IMG/VR virus record: IMGVR_UViG_3300036790_000468
Location: 32,001-96,000 of that record
Length of the DNA: 64,000 bases
Direction: 5' to 3' (one strand)
Source of the DNA: a virus
The translations under genes and the position numbers were made by a program. Numbering within the stretch: the first letter of the stretch is position 1; every line of letters starts with the position of its first letter. The notes below the pieces were generated by a model. It was not told the DNA's origin, made no database searches, and saw only the letters and a program-made list of their open reading frames with translations. Of this stretch, positions 9,097 through 18,185 are shown piece after piece.

Positions 9097-10155
9097 TCAA
9101 ACCTCGGATTCGGTCGGGGAGGGGTGGTGCTCGTTGTCGGCGTCGAAGAGCTCGGCGGCGAGGATGTACTGGGCGGTGACGGTCGCGTGGTAGCCCTGGT
9201 CGACCAGGCGCTGGCAGGCGTCGGCGAGCAGGGCGCGGGCGCGTTCGGGGTCGATGGCGGCGAGGTGTTTGAGGGCGCGGCGGTAGGCGCCCTTGTCGTC
9301 GTAGCCGGCAGGAACCGGGTTCCGCGGGGCGTCGCCCTCGGCCCCGGCGCGCACCTCGGCGAACGGGGCGTGGGGGGAGGGGGCCGGGCGCGCAGCGCGC
9401 CAGGCGTCGGCGAGGGCGGGCAGGTCGCCTCGCTCGGCGACGGTGCGCCACCACTGGCCGCTGCCGGGCCGGCGCGTCTTCATGATCCATTCGACGAGGT
9501 CTCTCTCCTCGTCGGGGGCGACCACGCGCGCACTACGGATGAGCTGGATAGGAAGAGAGAGATTTTGAGATTGAGGGGATTGAGGAGAGGGGGTCCCGTA
9601 AACCGGGACCCTGAAACCGGTAAACCGGGACCCTGAAACCGGTAAACCGGGACCCTGAACCTCGGGTCCGGATCGTTCAGGGTCCTGTAAACCGGGACCC
9701 TGAATCCCGTTCAGGGTCCTAGCTTCCGGGACCCTGAACGCGTGTTCAGGGTCCTTGCTTTCGGGACCCTGAACCTCGGGTCCGGACCCTTCAGGGTCCT
9801 GTAAACCGGGACCCTGAGGAGCCGGGTTCAGGGTCCCGGTTTCCGGGACCCTGAGGGCCACGGGCGCCATCGGCATGATCACGTAGTGCGCCTGCTGGCC
9901 CTTCTGCCCGCGCACCGTCACCTTGATCGCGCCCTTGGCGACGAGCGACTTGATCGTCTCGTAGAACTGCGAGCGCGAGCAGCGCACCCGCGCGCGAAAG
10001 CGCACCGAGCGCTCGGAATCGCCCTCGTACCCGTGCCAGCCCTCGCGCGTGCCGTCGTTGGCGTTCTCCGCCAGCAGCGCCAGCACGTACCGCTCACGCC
10101 ACGTCAGCGACGCCGGGGCGTAGTCCGCCACCTCGTTGAAGAGCTTGATGCCCAC
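9097..10155 (-). CDS. Replication initiator (HTH N-terminus, internal iterons)
   Basis: LTWRERYVLALLAENAND...SRSQFYETIKSLVAKGAI winged HTH followed by a repeat-encoded linker, lambda O-like layout. Confidence 0.8.
   Translation of the reverse strand: MGIKLFNEVADYAPASLTWRERYVLALLAENANDGTREGWHGYEGDSERSVRFRARVRCSRSQFYETIKSLVAKGAIKVTVRGQKGQQAHYVIMPMAPVALRVPETGTLNPAPQGPGLQDPEGSGPEVQGPESKDPEHAFRVPEARTLNGIQGPGLQDPERSGPEVQGPGLPVSGSRFTGFRVPVYGTPSPQSPQSQNLSLPIQLIRSARVVAPDEERDLVEWIMKTRRPGSGQWWRTVAERGDLPALADAWRAARPAPSPHAPFAEVRAGAEGDAPRNPVPAGYDDKGAYRRALKHLAAIDPERARALLADACQRLVDQGYHATVTAQYILAAELFDADNEHHPSPTESEV
9591..9854. repeat. Iteron array, probable replication origin
   Basis: 8 direct copies of GGGACCCTGA and 5 inverted copies (TTCAGGGTCC), flanked by an AT-richer tract near 9550-9590. 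Confidence 0.85.
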
Positions 10156-10235
10156 AGCGCTACCGCTTCCCAGGCCGCCAGCGGCGCGCATCGCGCACGT
10201 GCAGCTCCTCATGGCTCGAGTCATCGGAAACCCCC

Positions 10236-10496
10236 TCACTCACGCCGCGACGGGCCCGGGCGGCCCACGGCGGCCCCGACCGCCGCTCGCGAGCGGCGTG
10301 CAGGAAGAGCGGGCCGGGCGGCCAGAGCCGCGCGCAGGCGGTCGTTCTCGGCCACCAGCGCCTCCCACCGCTCGCGCAGCTCGTCCGCCACGGGGGTGGG
10401 CAGTTCCGGGTCCAGGCCGGGATGTCGGGCCGGGGCCTGCGCGGGCGCGACCACGCCCGGTTCGCTGCGCCGGCCGCGGAACGTCAACCACCTCAT
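10236..10496 (-). CDS. Small hypothetical protein
   Basis: Operon packing; short coiled coil. Confidence 0.5.
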   Translation of the reverse strand: MRWLTFRGRRSEPGVVAPAQAPARHPGLDPELPTPVADELRERWEALVAENDRLRAALAARPALPARRSRAAVGAAVGRPGPSRRE

Positions 10497-10500
10497 TCAG

Positions 10501-10992
10501 TCAGTCCTTTCCGTCCTCGTCGGTGAACTCGCCGTCGCGGGGGTCGAGCCCCAGCGCGTCGAGCAGGTCCCACAGGTCCTGCGCGTCGCGGGCGACCTGC
10601 CGGTTCAACTTGCGGATCAGCTTCTGGCGCGTGACAAGCTCCGTGCGCGGGAGGTGGAACCGGGCGCAGTTCACGCCCTCGACCGGCGGATCGCGCTCTT
10701 CCTTCGGCGCCGGCTTCGGCTTGGCCTTCCGCTTCGGCTTCGCAGTGCTCTTCTTCGCCGCCTTGCGCGGCTTGGCGGTGCGCGCTTCCATCACCGCCCG
10801 CGCCTCGGCCGGATCGCCCAGTTCGAGCAGCAGCTCCCGGTAGCGCCGGTCGCGGCCGCGTTCGGAGTGGTAGGCGTTGTTCGCCTTGTTGCACGCCTCG
10901 CACGGGTCCTCGCCGTCGTCCAGGTGCCGCTGGTAGCGCGAGCGTGTGCCGTGGCGGGCCTGGGAAGGGCGCGCGGTCCTGCTGGCGGGCAT
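10501..10992 (-). CDS. Phage protein with HGT...Y..H...PC..C metal-binding motif
   Basis: HGTRSRYQRHLDDGEDPCEAC; strong RBS. Confidence 0.7.
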   Translation of the reverse strand: MPASRTARPSQARHGTRSRYQRHLDDGEDPCEACNKANNAYHSERGRDRRYRELLLELGDPAEARAVMEARTAKPRKAAKKSTAKPKRKAKPKPAPKEERDPPVEGVNCARFHLPRTELVTRQKLIRKLNRQVARDAQDLWDLLDALGLDPRDGEFTDEDGKD

Positions 10993-11227
10993 CTCGCCGC
11001 TCCCTTCAGGTCAACTCGGTGGAACGGCCGTCGCGCCGGTGTGCGGTCCCGGCGCGACGACCGGCCTGGCACCCCCCGTGCGTGTCGCCGGAGGGCAGTT
11101 CGTGTGTGTCAGGACCCGTCATCCCGGGCTCGCCGACGGACCGGGCGGATCCAGCACCACCCGAGCAGGGCGCCAGCCCCGGCCAGCAGGCACAGCGGGC
11201 CCCAGGCCGAGCCCCAGTCCGCGCGGA

Positions 11228-12034
11228 TCACCGGGTGCCGCCCCGCTCGTGGGCGCCGACGGCGCGCACGGTGAACGGCGCGGCGGTCTCGGCGAGGCCG
11301 AGCACGTCGTTGGAGCCTGCTGAGATCTCGAAGGGGGCCGCGCCGAGCACCCACAACAGCGTGGGGAACTGGCGGTCCGGCTGCCCCGGCCGCTGCTGGA
11401 TCCTGGCGCCCACCTGGTAGGCGTCGCCCTCGTCGCCGCTCAGAATGGTGCCGATGGGAAGCCGACGCAGCCACACTCCGAGCGCGGCAGCGTCGACCGG
11501 CGAGCACTCGCCGATCCACGGCGCGGGTCTGCGCGCGGGCCGGGCATCGAGGGGCAGCTCGTCCCAGTCCAGCAACGCGGCGAACCTTGCGGCGTCCACC
11601 TCCTGGACGACCAAGGTGGCGCACCACTCCTCGTACCAGTCCTCGTCACCTGCGGCGCGCAGCACGGCCTCGGCCGGGGTGGTCAGGTCGGGGCCGGAGA
11701 CCTGCGCGCGCAGGTCGTGTTCCGCGGTCCAGATCGCCCAAAAGCGGCGCGGCGCCCCCAACTCCTCGTCCTCGTCCTCGGTCTCGGGCGGGATGGGCGC
11801 GGTGACGGAGACAGCCTCTTCCCACACGGCGAAGTCCTCCTCGGACATGTGCTCGGCGTTGAGCGCGGTGGCGCCAGCGAGCGCGAGCACGGCATGGGTC
11901 AGGCCCGCGAGCAGGTCGGGCATCGCGTAGCCATTGCGTTCCTGCAGGCTGTAGTGCCCGTCGCGGTCCATCCAGTACTGGCCGCGCTCGACCAGGCGCG
12001 CGGCCTCGTGGTAGTGGTCGATCGATGTATCCAT
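11228..12034 (-). CDS. Hypothetical phage protein
   Basis: RBS, plausible globular ORF. Confidence 0.65.
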   Translation of the reverse strand: MDTSIDHYHEAARLVERGQYWMDRDGHYSLQERNGYAMPDLLAGLTHAVLALAGATALNAEHMSEEDFAVWEEAVSVTAPIPPETEDEDEELGAPRRFWAIWTAEHDLRAQVSGPDLTTPAEAVLRAAGDEDWYEEWCATLVVQEVDAARFAALLDWDELPLDARPARRPAPWIGECSPVDAAALGVWLRRLPIGTILSGDEGDAYQVGARIQQRPGQPDRQFPTLLWVLGAAPFEISAGSNDVLGLAETAAPFTVRAVGAHERGGTR

Positions 12035-12135
12035 GGGAGACTCCAGCTGTTGTTTAGCGCCGACCGGCCCGGATCAACCGCGAGCCGGTCGGCAGTCCTG
12101 AGAGGCAGCCCTAGTCGGCTGCCAGGTCACGCTGT

Positions 12136-12336
12136 TCAGGCCGGAACGCGCCACGGGTCGAGGACTCTCGGCGCGGCGCCGAGCGCCGACATCGGCGTCC
12201 GCGGCAGCCACGCGGGGTCACACGGCGCCGGAGGCGGCTCGTCCTGGGCAAATCGGCGCAGCAGTGCGTTCGCCGCGAGCGCCGCGGCTATGCCGGCCGC
12301 GAAGCACGGCCCGAGCCACACGCTCAACCCGCTCAC
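12136..12336 (-). CDS. Small membrane protein
   Basis: N-terminal hydrophobic helix; coupled to the YqaJ stop. Confidence 0.5.
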   Translation of the reverse strand: MSGLSVWLGPCFAAGIAAALAANALLRRFAQDEPPPAPCDPAWLPRTPMSALGAAPRVLDPWRVPA

Positions 12337-13415
12337 GTGACGCCCTCCGGACCCTCAGCAGCACTGAGCCGCTTCGCCTTCCAGCTCTGGCGGAAGGCGT
12401 GGCCGATCTCGAGCCGGCGCGGGGAACTCGGAGCCGCGCAGTCGTCGTAGGCTTCGGGCCAGCGCTCGGCCAGCCGGTCCGGGTCGATATAGACGCGCTC
12501 CACCGGGCGGTAGGTGTAGGCGGCGTGCTCGCCCACCACCGCGGTGTCCGCGTCGCCCAGGGCGCCGATCATCGTGGCCCGGGCGCGCTTTTTGCGCTCC
12601 TCGGCAGCGCTCTCCTCGAGTCCCGCCTCCATGTACTCCTGGAGCGCTGCGCGGACCGCGGCATGGGCGCCGAGGACGGCGACGCCGTGGCGCACGGGGT
12701 GCAAGGCGTCGTAGAGCCCGGCGAGAGCGGCGGGGTTGCCGGCCGGGTCGGGGGGTCGGCGAGCGACGACGTTCTCGTGCCAGAACCGGTCGGCCTCCGC
12801 GGTGATCTCCCCGATCAGCTGCTGGTGTTCGCGGGTGAACACGGTGAACTGCCGGTAGTCGCTGCCGCCGATCAGCACCGCGCCGTGGATGTGGTCGTAG
12901 CCGGTGACCAAGGCCTGCCAGAGCATCTGGATCAGGACGTCATCAGGGATGCGGCGCTGCCAGCGCTCGCTGGTGTACGCCGAGCGCACCTTGACCTTCA
13001 AGGCGCAGGCGGTATGCTGCTCGCCGCCCAGCGGGCACTGGCCCACCCGGCGATCGAGCGTGCACATCCGCCACGGGGCCTCTCCCTGGGAGATCAGGCC
13101 GACCCGGCGGATCGTTGTTCCGTTGCGCTGCGCCCAGACCCGGGCGACGCTCGCCGCGTGGGTGCGGCTCCAGAAGGCGTCCTGGTCCGCAGTGGGATCA
13201 GGGGGAAGCTCGCCGATCTTCTCGTGGTAGACGTGGGAGGAGGTGCCACCGCGCTCGTAGTCGTAGATGCCGAACAGCGCCGGCAGATCCGAGGAGCAGG
13301 TCCCGAGTCGGCGCGCGGCGAGCCACGCCGGCTTCGGCGCCGTGGCCGGCAGTACCAAGCGCCCGGCCGGGGTGACCCGGCGCCCGGCCACGGGGCGGGA
13401 ATCGAGGGCCGTCAT
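12333..13415 (-). CDS. YqaJ/lambda-exonuclease family protein with altered catalytic residues
   Basis: WLAARRLGTCSSD, PWRMCTLDR, ALKVK, IQMLWQALVTG, AVLIGG. Confidence 0.85.
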   Translation of the reverse strand: MTALDSRPVAGRRVTPAGRLVLPATAPKPAWLAARRLGTCSSDLPALFGIYDYERGGTSSHVYHEKIGELPPDPTADQDAFWSRTHAASVARVWAQRNGTTIRRVGLISQGEAPWRMCTLDRRVGQCPLGGEQHTACALKVKVRSAYTSERWQRRIPDDVLIQMLWQALVTGYDHIHGAVLIGGSDYRQFTVFTREHQQLIGEITAEADRFWHENVVARRPPDPAGNPAALAGLYDALHPVRHGVAVLGAHAAVRAALQEYMEAGLEESAAEERKKRARATMIGALGDADTAVVGEHAAYTYRPVERVYIDPDRLAERWPEAYDDCAAPSSPRRLEIGHAFRQSWKAKRLSAAEGPEGVT

Positions 13416-13693
13416 CGCGCGGCCCCCTCGGCGTGGGCGCGCTCGACCCAGCCGACCACGGCCTGGACTGCCTCGGGCGCCCAGTCGGCCAGGCGCGCGA
13501 GGATGTCGTGGTCGAACGCCGCGAGCTCCACCCCGGCCGCGCTGAGCGCGCTGCCGAGGACTGCGTGGTTGACCTGCTCGGCGACGCCGGCGCGGCGCTC
13601 GGCCTGGCTGGCGCGGTAGACGCCGATCGCGTCGTGGACCGCGGCGGTCTGGGTCGCGTACGGCCCGTGCACGCTGGTTGTCAGGGTGCTCAT
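13412..13693 (-). CDS. Hypothetical phage protein
   Basis: GVELAAFDHDILARLADWAPEAVQAVVGWVERA; coupled start/stop. Confidence 0.65.
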   Translation of the reverse strand: MSTLTTSVHGPYATQTAAVHDAIGVYRASQAERRAGVAEQVNHAVLGSALSAAGVELAAFDHDILARLADWAPEAVQAVVGWVERAHAEGAAR

Positions 13694-14382
13694 GCGGCGA
13701 TGCCTCCCGCGTGCGGCCAGCCCCGGCGCACGACCTCGCAGTCCTCGGTCTGCCAGGGCGACGGCGTCGCCCGGGCCGCGGCGAGCGCGGACGGGGTCGC
13801 CCGCACCTGCGCGTGCCCGCAGCTCTCGCACGACGCGGAGTCGGGCGCGTCCGGGTAGAGCACATCGAGCCGGGCCGGCGCGAGCTGGCCGCGGCGCCCG
13901 GCCCAGTGCACGGTCCAGCCCTCGGACCCGGGCTCGACCCACTGGTCCAAGGTGCCCTCCGCCTGCGCCAGGGCCCGGGCGAACGGCGCGACCTCGGTCG
14001 AGGGGACGTCCTCGAACACGACGGTGACCGCCGCGCCCGCGCCCTCGGGCAGCTCCATCTCCGCGAGCGCCTCGGCCAGCTGGCGCAGCCGCTCGACCAG
14101 CGGGTTGCTGGTGACCTTCCGGGCGAGCTCCGGGCCGAGCAGCAGGTCGCGCTCGCCCCGTCCGAAGGTCGTCGCCGGGCGGTTGCGCACGTGTACGACG
14201 TCGGCGTCATCGAGGTGGAGCACGAACCAGACGAGCTGGCCCCCGCTGTACGCGGTGGCGGCGTGGCTGCTCGCCGCGGCGATCTCGGCGTCGGTGTCGC
14301 TGAGCTCGAGCTGCGCGACGTCCGTGCGCGGCCCGTCGAGCCCGCTGCGCGTGAACCGCGTCCAGGTGTGTGTGTTCTTCAC
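13690..14382 (-). CDS. Hypothetical phage protein
   Basis: Coupled start/stop; N-terminus similar to the upstream gene. Confidence 0.65.
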   Translation of the reverse strand: MKNTHTWTRFTRSGLDGPRTDVAQLELSDTDAEIAAASSHAATAYSGGQLVWFVLHLDDADVVHVRNRPATTFGRGERDLLLGPELARKVTSNPLVERLRQLAEALAEMELPEGAGAAVTVVFEDVPSTEVAPFARALAQAEGTLDQWVEPGSEGWTVHWAGRRGQLAPARLDVLYPDAPDSASCESCGHAQVRATPSALAAARATPSPWQTEDCEVVRRGWPHAGGIAA

Positions 14383-15278
14383 GGCTTGAGCCCCTCCCGG
14401 GCGATGCGGAACGCGTCGAGCAGTGCGGCGAAGTTGTCCTCGTCCAGCCTGACGGCCAGGTCGGTCAGATCCAGCTCGGTGGCGCGGCCGAACGCACACG
14501 CGGCGAGCGCCCGGATGCGCGCGCTCTGGCTGGCGCCGACCGCGAAGGCCTCCAGGGCGCCCCAATCGATGCGCACCGGGTGGATTGCGGCGCGCCACCC
14601 CGGGTCCTTGACCGTCGCGAGGATCCGCAGCGCGGCCGCGCACCAGGGATCGCGCAACATCACCGGCTCGATGCGGGCGGCGACCTCGGACGGCAGGAGG
14701 GCGAGCAGGTCGCGGTCCGAGCCGATGTCCGAGTCCAGGACGAGTGCGGGCCGTGCGGGCGCGCTGGCCTCGGCTGCACGCTGTTCGAGGACAGCGAGGC
14801 AGCCGGAGCACGTCACCTCCCCGGGCGTCGTGGTCGCGTGGGTACCCACGGCCCAGCCGGCCGGGCACACCACAGCGCACGTCTCGTTGCGTGCGTTCCA
14901 CGCTGCGGCCGTTTGCGTCGCCTTGACCAGGGGGTCCCACAGCACCACGCCGGGGGCAGCGAGGTGCACCGGAATGTGCGGCATGAGCCCGAAGCGGCGG
15001 ATCAGCGCGGCGCCGAGCAGGCCATCGCGCTCCTGGCGCCCGGCGTCGCTCACCGGCTGCGCCCGGACGTACTCGACCGTGTTCGGGGAGGCCCCGGGGC
15101 GGCTGGTGATGACGACGAGCTGCGACTGGCCAGCATCGCGGACTGAGAGCCGGTAGCCCTGGATCGGGAGCCGCTCGGCGAGCGTGTCTGCGGCCGCGTC
15201 GGTCAACTGCAGGGTCTTGGCGTCGATCCGCTCGCCCGCCGGTGTCCGGGTGAACCGGATCCAGGTGTGCGTCGTCAT
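14379..15278 (-). CDS. Hypothetical multi-domain phage protein
   Basis: Coupled start/stop; internal C...CxxC. Confidence 0.7.
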   Translation of the reverse strand: MTTHTWIRFTRTPAGERIDAKTLQLTDAAADTLAERLPIQGYRLSVRDAGQSQLVVITSRPGASPNTVEYVRAQPVSDAGRQERDGLLGAALIRRFGLMPHIPVHLAAPGVVLWDPLVKATQTAAAWNARNETCAVVCPAGWAVGTHATTTPGEVTCSGCLAVLEQRAAEASAPARPALVLDSDIGSDRDLLALLPSEVAARIEPVMLRDPWCAAALRILATVKDPGWRAAIHPVRIDWGALEAFAVGASQSARIRALAACAFGRATELDLTDLAVRLDEDNFAALLDAFRIAREGLKP

Positions 15279-15619
15279 CGGGTCTCACCCGCCGTCACGA
15301 GCTCTGGGGTGGCGCGGCGCGCGGCGCCGCAGCGGCACTCCAGGCAGCCGAGCCGTGAGAGGTGGTCGGCGAAGCGGTGCCCGCAGTCGCACACGCAGGC
15401 CTCCAGCCGCTGGTGTGCGATCGCGGAGGAGTGCGCGACGAGCTCGGCCAGCTGCTCCTTCGACGGGGTCGGGGCGCCGGGGGCTATGGCGCTGGCGAGC
15501 TGCGCGAGCAGGGTCTCCTCGAACACCTCGGCCAGCGTGTTCGCCTCCCGCCCGCGCTCGGCACGCAGGTGGAAGCGGGTGTCGGCGACGCGCAGGGCCG
15601 GGAACTCGTGGACGCTCAT
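15275..15619 (-). CDS. Hypothetical protein with C-terminal Cys/His cluster
   Basis: CVCDCGHRFADH...CLECRC. Confidence 0.6.
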   Translation of the reverse strand: MSVHEFPALRVADTRFHLRAERGREANTLAEVFEETLLAQLASAIAPGAPTPSKEQLAELVAHSSAIAHQRLEACVCDCGHRFADHLSRLGCLECRCGAARRATPELVTAGETR

Positions 15620-15798
15620 CGCGCACCGCCGTCCCGCGCCTCGGCGCCCTCGTACACGGGCGAGCCGGCAAGCTCGTGCGTCGGAGCCTGGGGGCGCCAC
15701 AGGTCGGACTCGCGCGCCTCCGCGGCTTCGGCGATGCTCCAGGCCCGGGCCTGGAAGAGCGGGCGCACGGCCTGACCGGCGCGCTCGACGGCGCGCAT
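15616..15798 (-). CDS. Small hypothetical protein
   Basis: Stop coupled to the next start; start uncertain. Confidence 0.4.
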   Translation of the reverse strand: MRAVERAGQAVRPLFQARAWSIAEAAEARESDLWRPQAPTHELAGSPVYEGAEARDGGAR

Positions 15799-15926
15799 CA
15801 GGGTTCGTGCGCGGGGCGCCGCGTGACGCCCCCTGGTAACCTGACTGAACACTCAAACCTCACATTCGTGAGTCGGCGGCCTCCTGGTGGCTCAGGGGGC
15901 CGCAACCTTTTTCTCCTGGTGGCGGC

Positions 15927-16223
15927 CTATTTCCTACGGCCGTGAGTGCGCGGATGCTTGGGCCGTCCGTAGAGGCCGAGCGCGTGCTGCTTGATCAGGC
16001 TTCGGATGTCCTCGGCGGAGAACCAGAGGGTCCGCGCGATCGGAGTGCGGTCGATGTTGCCGAGGGCGGCCTGGCGCTTGAGCCAGTACACGGTCGGACG
16101 CACATCGTCCGCGATGTCCGGGCCGAACATGATCTGCCGCACTTCCTGCGGGGAGTACAGGCGCATCGGCTGCTCGGCGAGCAGTTCCTCAACGGCATCG
16201 ACGACGGCCGGGCCGGTGCTCAT
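15927..16223 (-). CDS. Excisionase-like winged-HTH protein
   Basis: RLYSPQEV...TVYWLKRQA...IARTLWFSAEDIRSLI; second gene of the early operon. Confidence 0.7.
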   Translation of the reverse strand: MSTGPAVVDAVEELLAEQPMRLYSPQEVRQIMFGPDIADDVRPTVYWLKRQAALGNIDRTPIARTLWFSAEDIRSLIKQHALGLYGRPKHPRTHGRRK

Positions 16224-16555
16224 GCGGGGACCAGCGCCGTGTCGGCGGCGCAGTTGCAGTCGGCGATCTCGATGCGCTCGCCGTTCTCGTCGAATACGTC
16301 GAGGATCTCCGCGGCCGCGTTCCACGAGCCCTGCGAGGCGACGAGGGCGGTGATCACCTGGAGGTTCACCGGGAGGCGGCCGTTGACCATCTTGTTGAGC
16401 GTCCCGGGGGTCGTGTGCAGGTACCGGGCGATCGCGGAGATGTTGGGACGCCCGTTTGCGCGCTTGCGCAGCAGCCGGGGGTTGCGGGAGGCGACGATCA
16501 CCATGGCGTCGGGCTTGAAACAGGCGCGCGGTCCCGGGAGGTGCTCGTTCGGCAT
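16220..16555 (-). CDS. Cro-like HTH protein
   Basis: NISAIARYLHTTPGTLNKMVNG; divergent from the repressor. Confidence 0.7.
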   Translation of the reverse strand: MPNEHLPGPRACFKPDAMVIVASRNPRLLRKRANGRPNISAIARYLHTTPGTLNKMVNGRLPVNLQVITALVASQGSWNAAAEILDVFDENGERIEIADCNCAADTALVPA

Positions 16556-16837
16556 GGAGGCTCCTGGATTCAGCGACAGAAAGAATTGCCGTCGCGAACG
16601 ACAGTAGTCCTGTCCTTCAGGAAAGTGCAAGACCTCAGTGTCGCGAGCGTGTCACGGCGCGCGAAGTGAGAGAGGGGAGTGTGCATCGTTGCACGCCACC
16701 AGCGGCGATGCCGTTCGGACATGCTCGAGGCCTGAGGCCGTTTGCCGACAGGACGTCCGGGGAGGCAACCAGTGCCAGTCATGGTGCGGATAGGATTTGT
16801 TCCTGACAGAACAACCCTCGGCGCTGGAAGGCGACCC

Positions 16838-17332
16838 GTGGCAAGTGACGCACAACCGCAGGAACCGGTGGACTGGGCCACGTGGCTACGCACCGCCCTG
16901 AACACCGCCGGCATGACCGCCGCCGACCTCTCGCGCACCGGCGTCGTCAAGTCCGAGTCGACCATCTCGAAGTGGCTGCGCGGCCCAGGCACCCCCGATG
17001 ACGCCGACACCGTGATCGCGGTCGCGCACGCGGTCGGCCAGCCCAACGCCATTGCCGCCTTGGAGGCCTCCGGGCGGCTCGCCCTGGCCGATGCGATCCG
17101 CAGCCAGATCCGCCAGGCGTACGAGGACGAGGCGCTGGTGAAGATCCGCACAAGCCCCGGCCTCGGAGAGCGTGAGCGCAAGTCGATCGCCGAGAACTAC
17201 CAGCGCCGGCGCGCGGACGCGGTGCGCATGATGGAGTACGAGATCGCCGAGGCGATGGCCAAAACGCGCCGCGGCCAGGACGGGCGCATCTCCCTAGCGA
17301 CCGACGACCTCGAGGACGCTGCCGAGGCGTAG
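16838..17332 (+). CDS. Immunity repressor (XRE-family HTH)
   Basis: WLRTALNTAGMTAADLSRTGVVKSESTISKWLRG; same strand as int and upstream of it. Confidence 0.8.
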   Translation: MASDAQPQEPVDWATWLRTALNTAGMTAADLSRTGVVKSESTISKWLRGPGTPDDADTVIAVAHAVGQPNAIAALEASGRLALADAIRSQIRQAYEDEALVKIRTSPGLGERERKSIAENYQRRRADAVRMMEYEIAEAMAKTRRGQDGRISLATDDLEDAAEA

Positions 17333-17496
17333 CGGCACTGATGTGCGGAATCATCACTCTTTCCAGTGAAAACGCCACCGTCCGGCACAGGGTCGTCCTA
17401 ATGTAAATAGCCTCAGAGGCCCGGGGCTCGGGCGGCGCAAGCCGCACGCCCGCGAGGCCGAGCGGTACGGAGGATACGGCGGTCAGGAGTCGCGAC

Positions 17497-18180
17497 ATGA
17501 TGTCAGCGGGAGAGTGTTCACCTAAGGTGAAAGCGACCAGCATCCTGGTGCGTGCAAGCCTCACGGTAGCCGTGCTCTCCTGGAGCGCGGCAACGGCACT
17601 GATCTGCCTGGATGCGGTGGGCAACGGGTATCTCGGCGTTTCGGTCGGGATTGTGACCACATGGCTGATGGGCGTCGGCGCCCTGTTCCTGATCCTGCCG
17701 ATGGCCTCTGGCGGCGACCAAAGGATCAATACGCTGATCTCCGAGGGGCTTCCCCTCGGCGACCCCGCACTCGACACCCTCCTCGTCGGAGGCACCCCGC
17801 GCCGTTGGCGCGCGATCCCCTGGGTGGGGACCGCCCTGACCGCCCTCGCCACCACAGCATGGACAGTAAGCCTGATCTACTCGATCCAGCTCGGCCTCGG
17901 CGTCTACCACCTTCCCCCCGACATCAGCCTCGGAGTACTGCGTCTGCTGATGGCCACCGCCGTCTGGCCCACCGTCGGACGCGTCGCCGGCACCGCCGAC
18001 GCCCGCCAGCGCGCCGTCTACGAGGTCGCCTGCGACGCCCACCACGCACTGCGCGGAAACCTCGCAGCCTGCGAACGCGACGTGGCCGCCTCCCTGCGCG
18101 TCCTTGAAGGCGGGGGCGCGCGCAGCCCGTGGCGCTCCCCCCGAAACGGTGGAAACGGTCGCGTGGCTCCCGGAGCATAA
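17497..18180 (+). CDS. Membrane protein (about 4 TM), possible lysogen-expressed exclusion protein
   Basis: Four hydrophobic segments; between repressor and integrase. Confidence 0.6.
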   Translation: MMSAGECSPKVKATSILVRASLTVAVLSWSAATALICLDAVGNGYLGVSVGIVTTWLMGVGALFLILPMASGGDQRINTLISEGLPLGDPALDTLLVGGTPRRWRAIPWVGTALTALATTAWTVSLIYSIQLGLGVYHLPPDISLGVLRLLMATAVWPTVGRVAGTADARQRAVYEVACDAHHALRGNLAACERDVAASLRVLEGGGARSPWRSPRNGGNGRVAPGA

Positions 18181-18185
18181 GGAGC

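Noticed and set aside
9591-9854. Repeat array as a CRISPR
   Set aside because: Units are 10-16 bp, alternate in orientation, lack unique spacers and lie in frame within the initiator gene.
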